From a virus (taxonomy: Duplodnaviria; Caudoviricetes), in the IMG/VR virus record IMGVR_UViG_3300037567_000988, positions 1-25,037 of that record: a stretch of 25,037 nt of DNA; one strand, 5' to 3'. Each line of letters starts with the position of its first letter. The first letter of the stretch is position 1. Below the pieces are notes generated by a model. That model was not told the origin of the DNA. It saw nothing but the letters and a program-made list of their open reading frames with translations, and did not search any database. Below, in pieces: positions 9,813-17,165 of this stretch. The position numbers were made by a program, and so were the translations under genes.

Positions 9813-9998
9813 ATGAAAACTTATCGCATTACGTTTGAGGACGGAACCTTCTTCCATGGTGAGACATATGGAGAGATGGTTACGGAAATCATCCAGCGGT
9901 ATAGTTTGCTGTTTGTTATCTGGAGCTATGCAGACAAAAAGGCTGGCCACTGGATGATTGATGGCAAGCTGGAGATGGTGCGAAACTATATTCACTAA
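9813..9998 (+). CDS. Small hypothetical protein (61 aa)
   Basis: AAAGGGG SD-like sequence; the ORF fills the space between cassette elements 1 and 2. Confidence 0.8.
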   Translation: MKTYRITFEDGTFFHGETYGEMVTEIIQRYSLLFVIWSYADKKAGHWMIDGKLEMVRNYIH

Positions 9999-10013
9999 GA
10001 GGAAAAGGGAAAG

Positions 10014-10072
10014 CCTTGGCGCATAGCGTCAAGGGCCCTTTTTCTTTTAATGAGCACTCCATTCGTGTGCTT
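10014..10072 (+). promoter_or_regulatory. Cassette element copy 2 (terminator-like hairpin plus putative promoter)
   Basis: CCTTGGCGC/GCGTCAAGG hairpin, CCCTTTTTCTTTTAAT-G(10052), GAGCAC...GTGCTT. Confidence 0.75.
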
Positions 10073-10090
10073 TGAACAAAGGAGAAGACT

Positions 10091-10207
10091 ATGTTTAGGT
10101 ACATATTGTTCTGTATCCTCGTGCCCTACATCATTCTGGAGTGTATCTGCTTCCAGAACTTTGGGACCAGCACACCAGTGTACGACTGGTGCTGTCCCCC
10201 TGAGTAG
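10091..10207 (+). CDS. Small hydrophobic Cys-rich peptide (38 aa, MFRYILFCILVPYIILECICFQNFGTSTPVYDWCCPPE)
   Basis: AAAGGAGA SD before the ATG; stops just before the next cassette hairpin. Translated by hand. Confidence 0.7.
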   Translation: MFRYILFCILVPYIILECICFQNFGTSTPVYDWCCPPE

Positions 10208-10223
10208 GAGCGAGAGAGAGGAA

Positions 10224-10296
10224 GCCCGGTCGCGTGTGCATGCACGTGTACCGGGCCTCTTTTTCTTTAATGAGCACTCCACTTATGAGAGTGCTT
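10224..10296 (+). promoter_or_regulatory. Cassette element copy 3
   Basis: GCCCGGT...ACCGGGC hairpin, CTCTTTTTCTTTAAT-G(10272), GAGCACTC...GAGTGCTT. Confidence 0.75.
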
Positions 10297-10324
10297 TGAA
10301 TTGTTCTCTTGAAAGGAGAATATT

Positions 10325-10627
10325 ATGTTTGAAGGTCTTTTCATTCTTGGCTTGTTGGTCATCGCGATCCTGACCTGTCTTCGATGCGTACGACTTGAGT
10401 GTCGTGCCCTCAAGGCGGAGACGGAGATCGTTGATCTCCAGATCAAGGTCGAGGAGCTCCAGGCAGCACAGCCGTCCCGGGAGGCTCTCATCGTATTGGG
10501 CTTACTGGTTGGCACCTGTGAGGCCGATGGACCGTTCCGAACCCCTAATGGGAGCCCCTTCTGGGCTACGAAGCCTCTGGAGGTCTTCGTCCGGGAGCCG
10601 GATATGAACCTAGTGAAGATCAGCTAG
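10325..10627 (+). CDS. Membrane-anchored coiled-coil protein (100 aa)
   Basis: AAAGGAGA SD; N-terminal hydrophobic helix. Confidence 0.85.
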   Translation: MFEGLFILGLLVIAILTCLRCVRLECRALKAETEIVDLQIKVEELQAAQPSREALIVLGLLVGTCEADGPFRTPNGSPFWATKPLEVFVREPDMNLVKIS

Positions 10628-10652
10628 TCAACTAGCGGTCTAGAGAGAGGGA

Positions 10653-10715
10653 GCCTGGTGTGCGTGTTTAACACGCATGCCAGGCCCTTTTTCTTTTAAC
10701 GAGCAACTTACGCTC
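10653..10715 (+). promoter_or_regulatory. Cassette element copy 4
   Basis: GCCTGGTGTGCGTGT/ACACGCATGCCAGGC hairpin, CCTTTTTCTTTTAAC-G(10701), GAGC...GCTC. Confidence 0.75.
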
Positions 10716-10731
10716 AGAAAGAGAGAAGCTG

Positions 10732-10893
10732 ATGCTGAAGCTGAAGATGTTGTGGAACAGGCTGCAGAGGAACTGGCTTCCTATACTCGTGGTGGTGCTC
10801 TTGGTAGCAGTCACTGGGAGCATCTGGAAGACTCACCATGTCCATGTGGAGCGTGGTCTCTATGACTGTGATACCAGTTATCACAACCACTAG
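10732..10893 (+). CDS. Small single-pass membrane protein (53 aa, MLKLKMLWNRLQRNWLPILVVVLLVAVTGSIW...HNH)
   Basis: Purine-rich RBS (AAAGAGAGAAG), a TM segment, and a fit between elements 4 and 5. Translated by hand. Confidence 0.75.
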   Translation: MLKLKMLWNRLQRNWLPILVVVLLVAVTGSIWKTHHVHVERGLYDCDTSYHNH

Positions 10894-10914
10894 CAGATAG
10901 GAGAGACAGAGGAG

Positions 10915-10968
10915 AAAGGGTCTGGACGAAAGTCCGGGCCCTTTTTCTTTTAACGAGCAATCATGCTC
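10915..10968 (+). promoter_or_regulatory. Cassette element copy 5
   Basis: AAAGGGTCTGGAC-GAAA-GTCCGGGCCCTTT hairpin, CCCTTTTTCTTTTAAC-G(10955), GAGCA-atca-TGCTC. Confidence 0.75.
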
Positions 10969-10983
10969 TGAAGGAGGTGTCTA

Positions 10984-11292
10984 ATGGCTAACCTACAACT
11001 CGTGGCGCTCCAGCGGGAGATCGCTGAGGATATGTGCGTATGGGCTTTGCTCATGCGCCAGATTCTCAGCATCCTCAGCGAGGGCGTTGAGACCGACATG
11101 ATCCACACGAACAAAATTCAAGTCTTCGACCGAGATGGTCGCCGGCTTCAGCTTTGGTCGTGTGGAACAATCTATTATCGGGTCGATAAGACCGAGAATA
11201 GGGTCCATGTCCCTGACTCGTTTCGTGATAGCGCGAGAGCGTTGCTCACGCAGGCGAACGAGTGGGCGATCCGAGTGAACCTGGGGATCTAG
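10984..11292 (+). CDS. Hypothetical protein (102 aa)
   Basis: AAGGAGGT SD; bounded by cassette elements. Confidence 0.85.
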   Translation: MANLQLVALQREIAEDMCVWALLMRQILSILSEGVETDMIHTNKIQVFDRDGRRLQLWSCGTIYYRVDKTENRVHVPDSFRDSARALLTQANEWAIRVNLGI

Positions 11293-11311
11293 GTTCACAT
11301 CGAGGAGGCAA

Positions 11312-11389
11312 CCCGGTACACGTAGCAATACGTGTGCCGGGCCCTTTTCTTTTAACGAGCTCTCTTCGGGGATTATCCCGGAGCAGCTC
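11312..11389 (+). promoter_or_regulatory. Cassette element copy 6
   Basis: CCCGGTACACGTA-GCAA-TACGTGTGCCGGG hairpin, CCCTTTTCTTTTAAC-G(11357), GAGCT...AGCTC. Confidence 0.75.
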
Positions 11390-11404
11390 TGGAGGTACAG
11401 TCAA

Positions 11405-11845
11405 ATGACTGCACTAGAACACTTGGTGTTCCTCGTTCTCGTCAGCATCCTGCAGGCGGGTGGAACTATCGAGACCAATGGTCCCGAAATCTTCCACACG
11501 GTCAACACTGGTGGTCCGAGTGGCGCGGTAAAGCATTACTGCGTTCACTCTGGCAACCAGTATGCTCAGCAGGGTGTCAACAGAGCAATGGTTGATACTG
11601 GTTCTCGGTACAATGACGTTCGTTACGTCATGGTACTTGACGGAGCTGATGTCGGCTACTGCCTGGAAGCTGAGAAGCCAGGAGCACTCAACCGTGATGG
11701 TGACACATGGCGCTTCTTCGATGACAAGGAGCAGCTCATGATCGCCACAATGGTGGAGCAGAGTGGATTCGGTACCTGGGATATCCCGTGGGAGACCGGT
11801 TACCACCTCACCCTGCCCCTACCAACTCCACCTACGGGGGAGTAG
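11405..11845 (+). CDS. Hypothetical protein with N-terminal hydrophobic/signal segment (146 aa)
   Basis: GGAGGT SD; bounded by cassette elements. Confidence 0.85.
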   Translation: MTALEHLVFLVLVSILQAGGTIETNGPEIFHTVNTGGPSGAVKHYCVHSGNQYAQQGVNRAMVDTGSRYNDVRYVMVLDGADVGYCLEAEKPGALNRDGDTWRFFDDKEQLMIATMVEQSGFGTWDIPWETGYHLTLPLPTPPTGE

Positions 11846-11852
11846 AACCTTC

Positions 11853-11952
11853 GACAAGCTTGGGGGTGTACGTTGCAATATGGCCTACTGAAGGCTGAGC
11901 AGCGTGCACTCCCGGGTTGTCCTCCTTTTTCTTTTAATGAGTAACTATGCTC
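11853..11952 (+). promoter_or_regulatory. Cassette element copy 7
   Basis: Long imperfect hairpin GACAA...TTGTC, CCTTTTTCTTTTAAT-G(11939), GAGTA-acta-TGCTC. Confidence 0.75.
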
Positions 11953-11966
11953 TGAAAGGACAAACC

Positions 11967-12194
11967 ATGAAAGTTGTGAAAGACCTTGCTTTGTACATCC
12001 TGATGGCCTGCAGTATGATCTGCTGTATCGGCATCGGACACTGCGGTGCCTCCAACGGACTGACAACCGAGCAGGTCTCGGAATGTCAGCTGCTGCTGTT
12101 GGAGAAGGAAGTCTATGAGGCTCAGCGGAAGAAGGCGATGAGGTGGTCTGAGGACGCTGCCTACCACATGAAGAGGGCGATGCAGCAGCAGTGA
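11967..12194 (+). CDS. Membrane-anchored protein (75 aa, MKVVKDLALYILMACSMICCIGIG...)
   Basis: An AAAGGA SD places the start at 11967 rather than 11904; hydrophobic N-terminus. Confidence 0.8.
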   Translation: MKVVKDLALYILMACSMICCIGIGHCGASNGLTTEQVSECQLLLLEKEVYEAQRKKAMRWSEDAAYHMKRAMQQQ

Positions 12195-12203
12195 CTGTGA
12201 TTG

Positions 12204-12267
12204 GGGCCGGCGCATTTCGATGCGTCGGCCCTCCCTTTTTATTTAATGGTCTCCATGAAGTGAGACT
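12204..12267 (+). promoter_or_regulatory. Cassette element copy 8
   Basis: GGGCCGGCGCAT-TTCG-ATGCGTCGGCCC hairpin, CCCTTTTTATTTAAT-G(12248), GGTCTC...GAGACT. Confidence 0.75.
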
Positions 12268-12279
12268 AGAGAGGAGGTC

Positions 12280-12483
12280 ATGATGACCTTTATACAATTG
12301 TCGGTCCTCGTGGTGGCGGCGGTTAATGTCGCTATCTGCTCGGTGTTGTTATATGTTGTGTGGGAGCAGCGAAAGCTGTCTCAGCGCATCAGCCGAGTCA
12401 ATGGGCGAGTCGATCGCAACTGGCGTGATTATATGTCAGAAGCGGACGAGGATGCTCAGATCACAAACGGCAGCATCTGCTGA
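12280..12483 (+). CDS. Single-pass membrane protein (67 aa)
   Basis: AGGAGGT SD; N-terminal TM segment followed by a basic amphipathic helix. Confidence 0.85.
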   Translation: MMTFIQLSVLVVAAVNVAICSVLLYVVWEQRKLSQRISRVNGRVDRNWRDYMSEADEDAQITNGSIC

Positions 12484-12500
12484 TTGTTGATTGAGGTGTT

Positions 12501-12579
12501 GGTCCCCGGCGTGTACGTTTTTACGTGCACGCCTGGGGCCCACTTTCTTTTTCTTTAACGGTTCTCATGTGGACGAACT
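12501..12579 (+). promoter_or_regulatory. Cassette element copy 9 (precedes a non-coding unit)
   Basis: GGTCCCCGGCGTGTACGT-TTTT-ACGTGCACGCCTGGGGCC hairpin, CTTTTTCTTTAAC-G(12560), GGTTC...GAACT. No SD or ORF follows. Confidence 0.75.
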
Positions 12580-13780
12580 GAAAACGGCGAAAGCTGTATA
12601 TAACCACATGTAGTAGAGTCGAAAGGCTTTGGTTCTATACCTCTGTACGAGGTCCGAAAGGGGCAAGTACAGGGGCGAATATGTAGTTGTTAGAGGTCGA
12701 GACATGTTCTCGATATCTGAGGTCAACCTTAATAGGAAAGTTGTATAACTCCTGAACAGGCCAACTCAGAGAAAGACGTAACTGATACCTCGTAACGCCT
12801 ACTCAGCTTAGGTTGAGTAGCCGGTTGGTCGTAGCTGCCAGATGCGACCATACCGGGCCCCGATGCTCTCTGGGAGAGCTTAAGGGAGGTGTGACTTTGG
12901 GTAACCTTGCGGGACTACTGTAAAAGGTAGTTGGAGCTTGGAGACCCTTGGCGGAAAGTAGGAGTGGGTCCGAAGCCCTTCTCATGCAAACTACTGGAAG
13001 CCAGGGTGTTCTCCAAGAAACCCTGCCCCTCGTAGCTGTCAGAAATACGAGATCACATCTTCAGGGAGTACCATCCTCTGGTTAACTTACTTACCAGATG
13101 GACCGGTCTCGGGAAGGGGTGCCGCCTTAGTAGCGAATTGTTTCGTGTAACTCTGGCTGAGTCTGCAGTGGAGATTGGTGTTAGCCGATCAAAACTGCAG
13201 ACAAGGCTGGGGTCTATCACTTACTAAGTTCTAAGGCCAGGTAGAGAGGCGAGACGCTTGCCAGACTTACCTGACGGTACCTAGACCGAAAATCTAGGTT
13301 GAGGTTGACTGTAACCTTATCCAACAAAACAGTCGTCAGCGAGTTTCGACTTGCTGACTATGGCACTGTCCCGGTGTCATGAAAGTTCGTAGATATGGGA
13401 CGCTGCTCCACACAGCGTAGGTGTCAAAGCCGGGTTCATCTCCACGGTTATTAGCATCTGGTTGCAAGTGCTTTTTGGTACTTGCATTAAGGGCGTTTCC
13501 ACCTGCAGATAAGGTGGTGAGTAGATCTCCCCTACAAGAATGAAGCACGGAAGGACGAATCTGGTCATTTCGTGTGGATTCAACCTGCCTAGGGAGGCCC
13601 CAACCTCTGGGCGCTATGTAAGAGACTTGGTACATCTCATCATAGCAAGTGAGGCCTTAAGAGTTCTAGTGGACTCTTGCTCCTTAAGTGGAGCGTTAAA
13701 GAGCGGAAAGGTATGTGCCGTTCTTGAAATATAAATGCAATCCACCTTTGTCTGGGGGGCCCTTCGGGGTCCCCCAGGCA
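12560..13780 (+). ncRNA. Putative large (~1.2 kb) highly structured non-coding RNA, family not recognised
   Basis: No credible ORF. Continuous hairpins with GAAA/UUCG loops and G-U pairs that work on the + strand. Long-range helices 12721-12732/13299-13310 and 12885-12894/13053-13062. Starts at a cassette element and ends at a strong UUCG hairpin. Confidence 0.75.
13749..13780 (+). terminator. Strong GC hairpin without a U-tract (3' boundary or processing/stabilising stem)
   Basis: TGTCTGGGGGGCCC-TTCG-GGGTCCCCCAGGCA. Confidence 0.5.
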
Positions 13781-13884
13781 CCTTAGCCTGTCGTGGGATC
13801 TGATATGGGATCAGATTCATTTGATCTTGTATGAGATCTCACGGCAGGTCCTACCAACCAATGAAAGAAAAGGAGAATGAAGTT

Positions 13885-14793
13885 ATGTACTTCATCAAGC
13901 GAATGATACTGTGGGTGCTCTCAATTCTGGGAGTGGCCTTCTTCATGGTCTGCACTCTGATCTCGACGGTTCTTGGTAACAAGAACTCGACGGCGAAGTG
14001 TGGGAACTGGATGCGGGGACAGTGGTACCTCTTCATCGAGGAGCCGACAGTGGTCCTCCACTGGCTCTCGGGCTGGCGGAGTGGCCTCGTGTCTCGCTTC
14101 AACGGCTGGAGGGCTGCTCGTGCCGAGAAGAAGGCTGCAAAGCTGAAGCTGAAGGCTGAGGCTGCAGAGGCTGCAAAGCTGAAGGCAGACAAGGCAAAGG
14201 AGGCGAAGAAGGCCAAGGGACATTGGTTCCAGCGCTTCGTCTGCTGGAGCGGCTTGCTGTTCCTCGATGCGCTTGAGGCGAGAAATCGTCGAGTTCTCTC
14301 GGACTATGAGTTCGTGGGAATGCGCATGCCGGATGGCGAGTACATTCCGGTGCAGCCTGGTCAGATGCCAGAGGCGGTGTCTTCGGACATTGCTGATGGT
14401 GACGAGGGTGGCGACTGCGATGAGGAGTTCCTCATCGAGACCGAGCCGGTGGATCCCTTGGGGGACACCGACGAGGTGCTGGCAGTCGTGACTCTGCACG
14501 ATGAGGATGAGGGGCCTTTCGGGCTCCCCACCGAGACGGACGAGATGCGGACGATGCTTGAGCAGGTAGCTCAGGTCAGTGAGTTTCGACTCGCTGGCAT
14601 GAGTCTGACCTGGCAGGAGCAGCTGAAGCTCTGGTCTCACATCTGCAGAGACCGGAACAAGAGCGATCGGAGTAAGCTCGCCGTTCAGGAAGCTCTGACG
14701 AAGGAGGTCGAGAGCTGGACTGGCGACGAGGGTAGTGCTCAGCAGTCTATCCGGGCTAACCTGAGCATTGGTCGCTACCCCGAGTTCCCGTGA
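13885..14793 (+). CDS. Membrane-anchored protein with Lys/Ala-rich linker and acidic domain (~302 aa)
   Basis: An AGGAG SD 9 nt before ATG 13885 favours this start over 13831. N-terminal TM segment, AEKKAAKLK-type repeats and a D/E-rich middle. Confidence 0.8.
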   Translation: MYFIKRMILWVLSILGVAFFMVCTLISTVLGNKNSTAKCGNWMRGQWYLFIEEPTVVLHWLSGWRSGLVSRFNGWRAARAEKKAAKLKLKAEAAEAAKLKADKAKEAKKAKGHWFQRFVCWSGLLFLDALEARNRRVLSDYEFVGMRMPDGEYIPVQPGQMPEAVSSDIADGDEGGDCDEEFLIETEPVDPLGDTDEVLAVVTLHDEDEGPFGLPTETDEMRTMLEQVAQVSEFRLAGMSLTWQEQLKLWSHICRDRNKSDRSKLAVQEALTKEVESWTGDEGSAQQSIRANLSIGRYPEFP

Positions 14794-14990
14794 GTTGCGG
14801 GGACTGTGGTGCTGAGACTTACCTTCGGAAGGAAGGTAAGGATTGGTACCGGGTGTGTCGAGGCTGTGGAGCGAAAGCGAAGCAGTCTCGACACAATCCT
14901 CCATCGGTGATTGAGTTCACTGGTGGAGGTGTTCATGGTGCTTGCCTGCCTTGCGGTTGCGCCATTGAGCAGTGTGAATGCAAGGAATAG
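14790..14990 (+). CDS. Small Cys-rich, Zn-ribbon-like protein (66 aa)
   Basis: GTGA overlap with the upstream stop; CxxC...CxxC...CxxCxC...CxC. Confidence 0.7.
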   Translation: MSCGDCGAETYLRKEGKDWYRVCRGCGAKAKQSRHNPPSVIEFTGGGVHGACLPCGCAIEQCECKE

Positions 14991-15010
14991 AGGGGGCTAG
15001 ATAGTCCCTG

Positions 15011-15095
15011 GTGTGTGGGAGCGGGGCCTTCGGGCCCTGCTTCCCCACATCCCCTTCTTTTTATTTAGTGAACTTGTGCGCTCAAGTATGAGTTC
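15011..15095 (+). promoter_or_regulatory. Cassette element copy 10 (TTTAGT variant)
   Basis: GGGAGCGGGGCC-TTCG-GGCCCTGCTTCC hairpin, CTTTTTATTTAGT-G(15070), GAACTTGTGC...GTATGAGTTC. Confidence 0.7.
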
Positions 15096-15119
15096 TTACC
15101 AAGAAGGGAGGTTCCTATC

Positions 15120-15479
15120 ATGGGACTTCTTATGATGAGTGTTATCCTGGGCCTTGCGGTGGCTTGCCACCTGATGCAAGCTCGTCTCAAGCGGCTGGAG
15201 AGTCGCTTCATGCAGAGCGAGCTCAACGTCAATAAATACCGGCGAGAGCTCACTGCGGGTGTTCGGCAGAACGGTGTGAGCATCGGCAAGCTGACCGAGC
15301 GTCACAGCGAAGCTATTCTGCGGCTGGGTGAAGATGTCTTGATGCTGGAGAAACTGATGACTGGGTTGGCACCCGCTTCGGCTTCGGCGTTGACTATCGA
15401 GATCGGTGACGCCGATTGCGATCACCTCCTGGAGAGTTCCACCCTCACGGTGGAGATCGACGACACAGAGCGCCAGTAG
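15120..15479 (+). CDS. Membrane-anchored coiled-coil protein (119 aa)
   Basis: GGGAGGT SD; N-terminal TM segment. Confidence 0.85.
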   Translation: MGLLMMSVILGLAVACHLMQARLKRLESRFMQSELNVNKYRRELTAGVRQNGVSIGKLTERHSEAILRLGEDVLMLEKLMTGLAPASASALTIEIGDADCDHLLESSTLTVEIDDTERQ

Positions 15480-15505
15480 GTAACTGCTACAGGCACAACA
15501 GGAAC

Positions 15506-15562
15506 GGGGGGCTCCTTCGGGAGTCCCCCCACTTCCTTTTTCTTTAACGAGCAATTTTGCTC
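15506..15562 (+). promoter_or_regulatory. Cassette element copy 11
   Basis: GGGGGGCTCC-TTCG-GGAGTCCCCC hairpin, CCTTTTTCTTTAAC-G(15549), GAGCA...TGCTC. Confidence 0.75.
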
Positions 15563-15580
15563 AGAAGACAAGGAGAAGTT

Positions 15581-15823
15581 ATGCGTTCGTTTTGGACTAA
15601 GTCTAGTTTCCCAATCTTGACGATTATGGCATTCCTGTTGCCAATGGTCACCTTCGTTGCATTGATCTCGATCTTCGGATCGGGTTATCTGAACTTCGAA
15701 GAGTACGTCGGTGAGCCGTGGGGTGAGGTCTGCACGACAGTGTTCTTGATCTTACTGTTCGGTAGCGGTGGCCTGCTTGCCAGGAAGGTCGGCTATTGGG
15801 AGGTGGATATTTACGACAACTAG
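15581..15823 (+). CDS. Two-TM small membrane protein (80 aa)
   Basis: An AAGGAGA SD places the start at 15581; two hydrophobic segments. Confidence 0.8.
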   Translation: MRSFWTKSSFPILTIMAFLLPMVTFVALISIFGSGYLNFEEYVGEPWGEVCTTVFLILLFGSGGLLARKVGYWEVDIYDN

Positions 15824-15844
15824 CCTCGGCTAGGTTCCGCCTGT

Positions 15845-15901
15845 GGGGGCCCCGAGTCACACTTCGGTGTGGCTCGGGGTCTCCCCCTTTTTCTTTTAAT
15901 G
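15845..15901 (+). promoter_or_regulatory. Cassette element copy 12
   Basis: GGGGGCCCCGAGTCACAC-TTCG-GTGTGGCTCGGGGTCTCC hairpin, CCCCTTTTTCTTTTAAT-G(15901). Confidence 0.75.
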
Positions 15902-15928
15902 AATACCAATCTCTCGAAAGGAGAAATT

Positions 15929-16252
15929 ATGAAGATATATCGTTACTTAGAGGTCACCGGGCGCAAGGGGCTGATCGGGCGGTTCGCGCTCCATAGGCGA
16001 GCGGGCGAGCACATCCTAGGGCCCTTCCGGGATGAGGCGATTGCTAGTGGGTCCACTCTTGAGGAGTGGATTGACGATGCCGAGGTCGATGAGGAGTGGG
16101 CGCTGTTCCAGTGGGCTGGTCGCGTCGGGCTCTCGCAAGTGATTCCGGCCCGGTGCCCGCAGCGAGTACCGGCGTTCAAGATCACCGCCGTCCTCGACGT
16201 TGAAGAACCGAAGAGTCGCACCGTCATGCTGAAGCGGATCTACGCAAAGTGA
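15929..16252 (+). CDS. Hypothetical protein (107 aa, MKIYRYLEV...)
   Basis: An AAAGGAGA SD places the start at 15929. Confidence 0.8.
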   Translation: MKIYRYLEVTGRKGLIGRFALHRRAGEHILGPFRDEAIASGSTLEEWIDDAEVDEEWALFQWAGRVGLSQVIPARCPQRVPAFKITAVLDVEEPKSRTVMLKRIYAK

Positions 16253-16258
16253 AAACCA

Positions 16259-16305
16259 GGGAGCCCCTTTCGGGGGGCTCCCGCAACCCCCTTTTTCTTT
16301 TAATG
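16259..16305 (+). promoter_or_regulatory. Cassette element copy 13 (precedes non-coding unit A)
   Basis: GGGAGCCCCT-TTCG-GGGGGCTCCC hairpin, CCCCCTTTTTCTTTTAAT-G(16305). Confidence 0.75.
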
Positions 16306-16490
16306 GCCCGTACTAACTGAAGGAGTATGTGGAAGCTGACCTGGCGTTCTTGTTCGCAAGAGTGTTAACAAAGCTACGGTCCAGGAGAATAGGTATACGG
16401 AGTAGTGGAAGTGGTACAACCCTGCCAGGGGGCAGCGTCTTCGGAGGGTAATGAATTGATGTCAGGGAAAGGATCCCGACCCTGAGAGAC
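16305..16490 (+). ncRNA. Putative small structured RNA, copy A
   Basis: Occupies its own cassette. Shares 5' GGCYCGTAC, GAAGCWGACC, a 46-nt core (16413-16458, 43/46 identical) and GAAAGnnTCCCGAC with copy B. Confidence 0.6.
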
Positions 16491-16523
16491 CACCCCCCTC
16501 TTTTTATTTAACGAATACTATTC
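16462..16523 (+). promoter_or_regulatory. Cassette element copy 14
   Basis: TCAGGG...CCCTGA stem, CCCCCCTCTTTTTATTTAAC-G(16513), GAAT-act-ATTC. Confidence 0.7.
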
Positions 16524-16540
16524 TCTTGAAAGGAGAAATT

Positions 16541-16762
16541 ATGCGTATCTATCGAGTAATTCTTGCAGCAACTTCAAGCACCGGCGAGCAGGGCACTTTC
16601 ATGCAGCTTGCCCGAGGGGACAAGGAGCTGACAAGGTTCAAGGACAAGTACGGAGCGGAGTTGGTGAGTACCAGGGAACTCAACCATGGCGAAGGCTACA
16701 GTTGCGATACCTGCCAGGAGAGCGTTGTCTACCCCCACAGGTGCCTGTATCCTTGCTGGTAA
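16541..16762 (+). CDS. Small protein with C-terminal Cys/His cluster (73 aa, MRIYRVILAA...)
   Basis: AAAGGAGA SD; CxxC...HxC motif. Confidence 0.8.
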   Translation: MRIYRVILAATSSTGEQGTFMQLARGDKELTRFKDKYGAELVSTRELNHGEGYSCDTCQESVVYPHRCLYPCW

Positions 16763-16777
16763 ACATCCTGCTAATCA

Positions 16778-16833
16778 GGGAGCCCCTTTCGGGGGGCTCC
16801 CGCAACCCCCTTTTTATTTAATGAACCTTATTC
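16778..16833 (+). promoter_or_regulatory. Cassette element copy 15
   Basis: Same hairpin as copy 13, CCCCCTTTTTATTTAAT-G(16823). Confidence 0.75.
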
Positions 16834-16851
16834 TCTTGAAAGGAGAACAAG

Positions 16852-17154
16852 ATGATTGATGAAGAGACACTTCTCTCTGGTGGCGGTAATGCAGATCCAA
16901 ATCTGGATCACACAACTGACTTTCAGGTAATGAACACGGGTGCTGGCTGGTACGTGGGTACTGGCTACATCAGCTGTGGAAACTACGGTAAGGGCTGTAC
17001 TAGCTCTGACTGTGATCCCGAGCGGAGCCCTCCCGTGCAGCCGAACTCGCGAGAGACCGGCTACTTCGCTAACAGAGAGGAAGCAGAAGCTGCGCTTGTG
17101 GAGTTTCAGAAGGAAGACGAGATCTTCGATCCCAGCAAGGCAAACGCTCGCTGA
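16852..17154 (+). CDS. Hypothetical phage protein (100 aa)
   Basis: AAAGGAGA SD. The QVMNTGAGWYVGT...SRETGYF...EAEAAL pattern recalls a widespread small phage/mobile-element protein of unknown function (from memory, not searched). Confidence 0.85.
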   Translation: MIDEETLLSGGGNADPNLDHTTDFQVMNTGAGWYVGTGYISCGNYGKGCTSSDCDPERSPPVQPNSRETGYFANREEAEAALVEFQKEDEIFDPSKANAR

Positions 17155-17165
17155 ACCAAAAACTA

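Larger units (their letters stand above)
16257..16815 (+). repeat. Exact 40-bp direct repeat (16257-16296 and 16776-16815)
   Basis: CAGGGAGCCCCTTTCGGGGGGCTCCCGCAACCCCCTTTTT occurs at both positions. Confidence 0.9.

Noticed and set aside
12560-13780. Group I/II intron, RNase P RNA or tmRNA identity for the large RNA
   Set aside because: There is no interrupted host gene, and I found no group II domain V or group I P7 core by eye. AGGAAAGT at 12734 lacks the RNase P P4 partner, and there are no tmRNA-type ends. An Infernal search is needed to exclude these formally.
12803-13820. Short ORFs within the 1.2-kb region
   Set aside because: They have no convincing SDs, atypical codon usage and conflicting overlaps. 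Dense base-pairing explains the region better.
16327-16368. 13-aa ORF MWKLTWRSCSQEC (and the 42-aa ORF at 17235-17363) as the purpose of the paralogous units
   Set aside because: The SD-ATG spacing is only 0-1 nt, and the conserved nucleotide blocks are not in a common frame between the copies.
16380-16425. Hairpin-ribozyme resemblance (GAAG...CCAG-AGAA...GTGGTAC)
   Set aside because: The loop B consensus (AGAAACA / GUAUAUUAC) is not met and is not shared by copy B.
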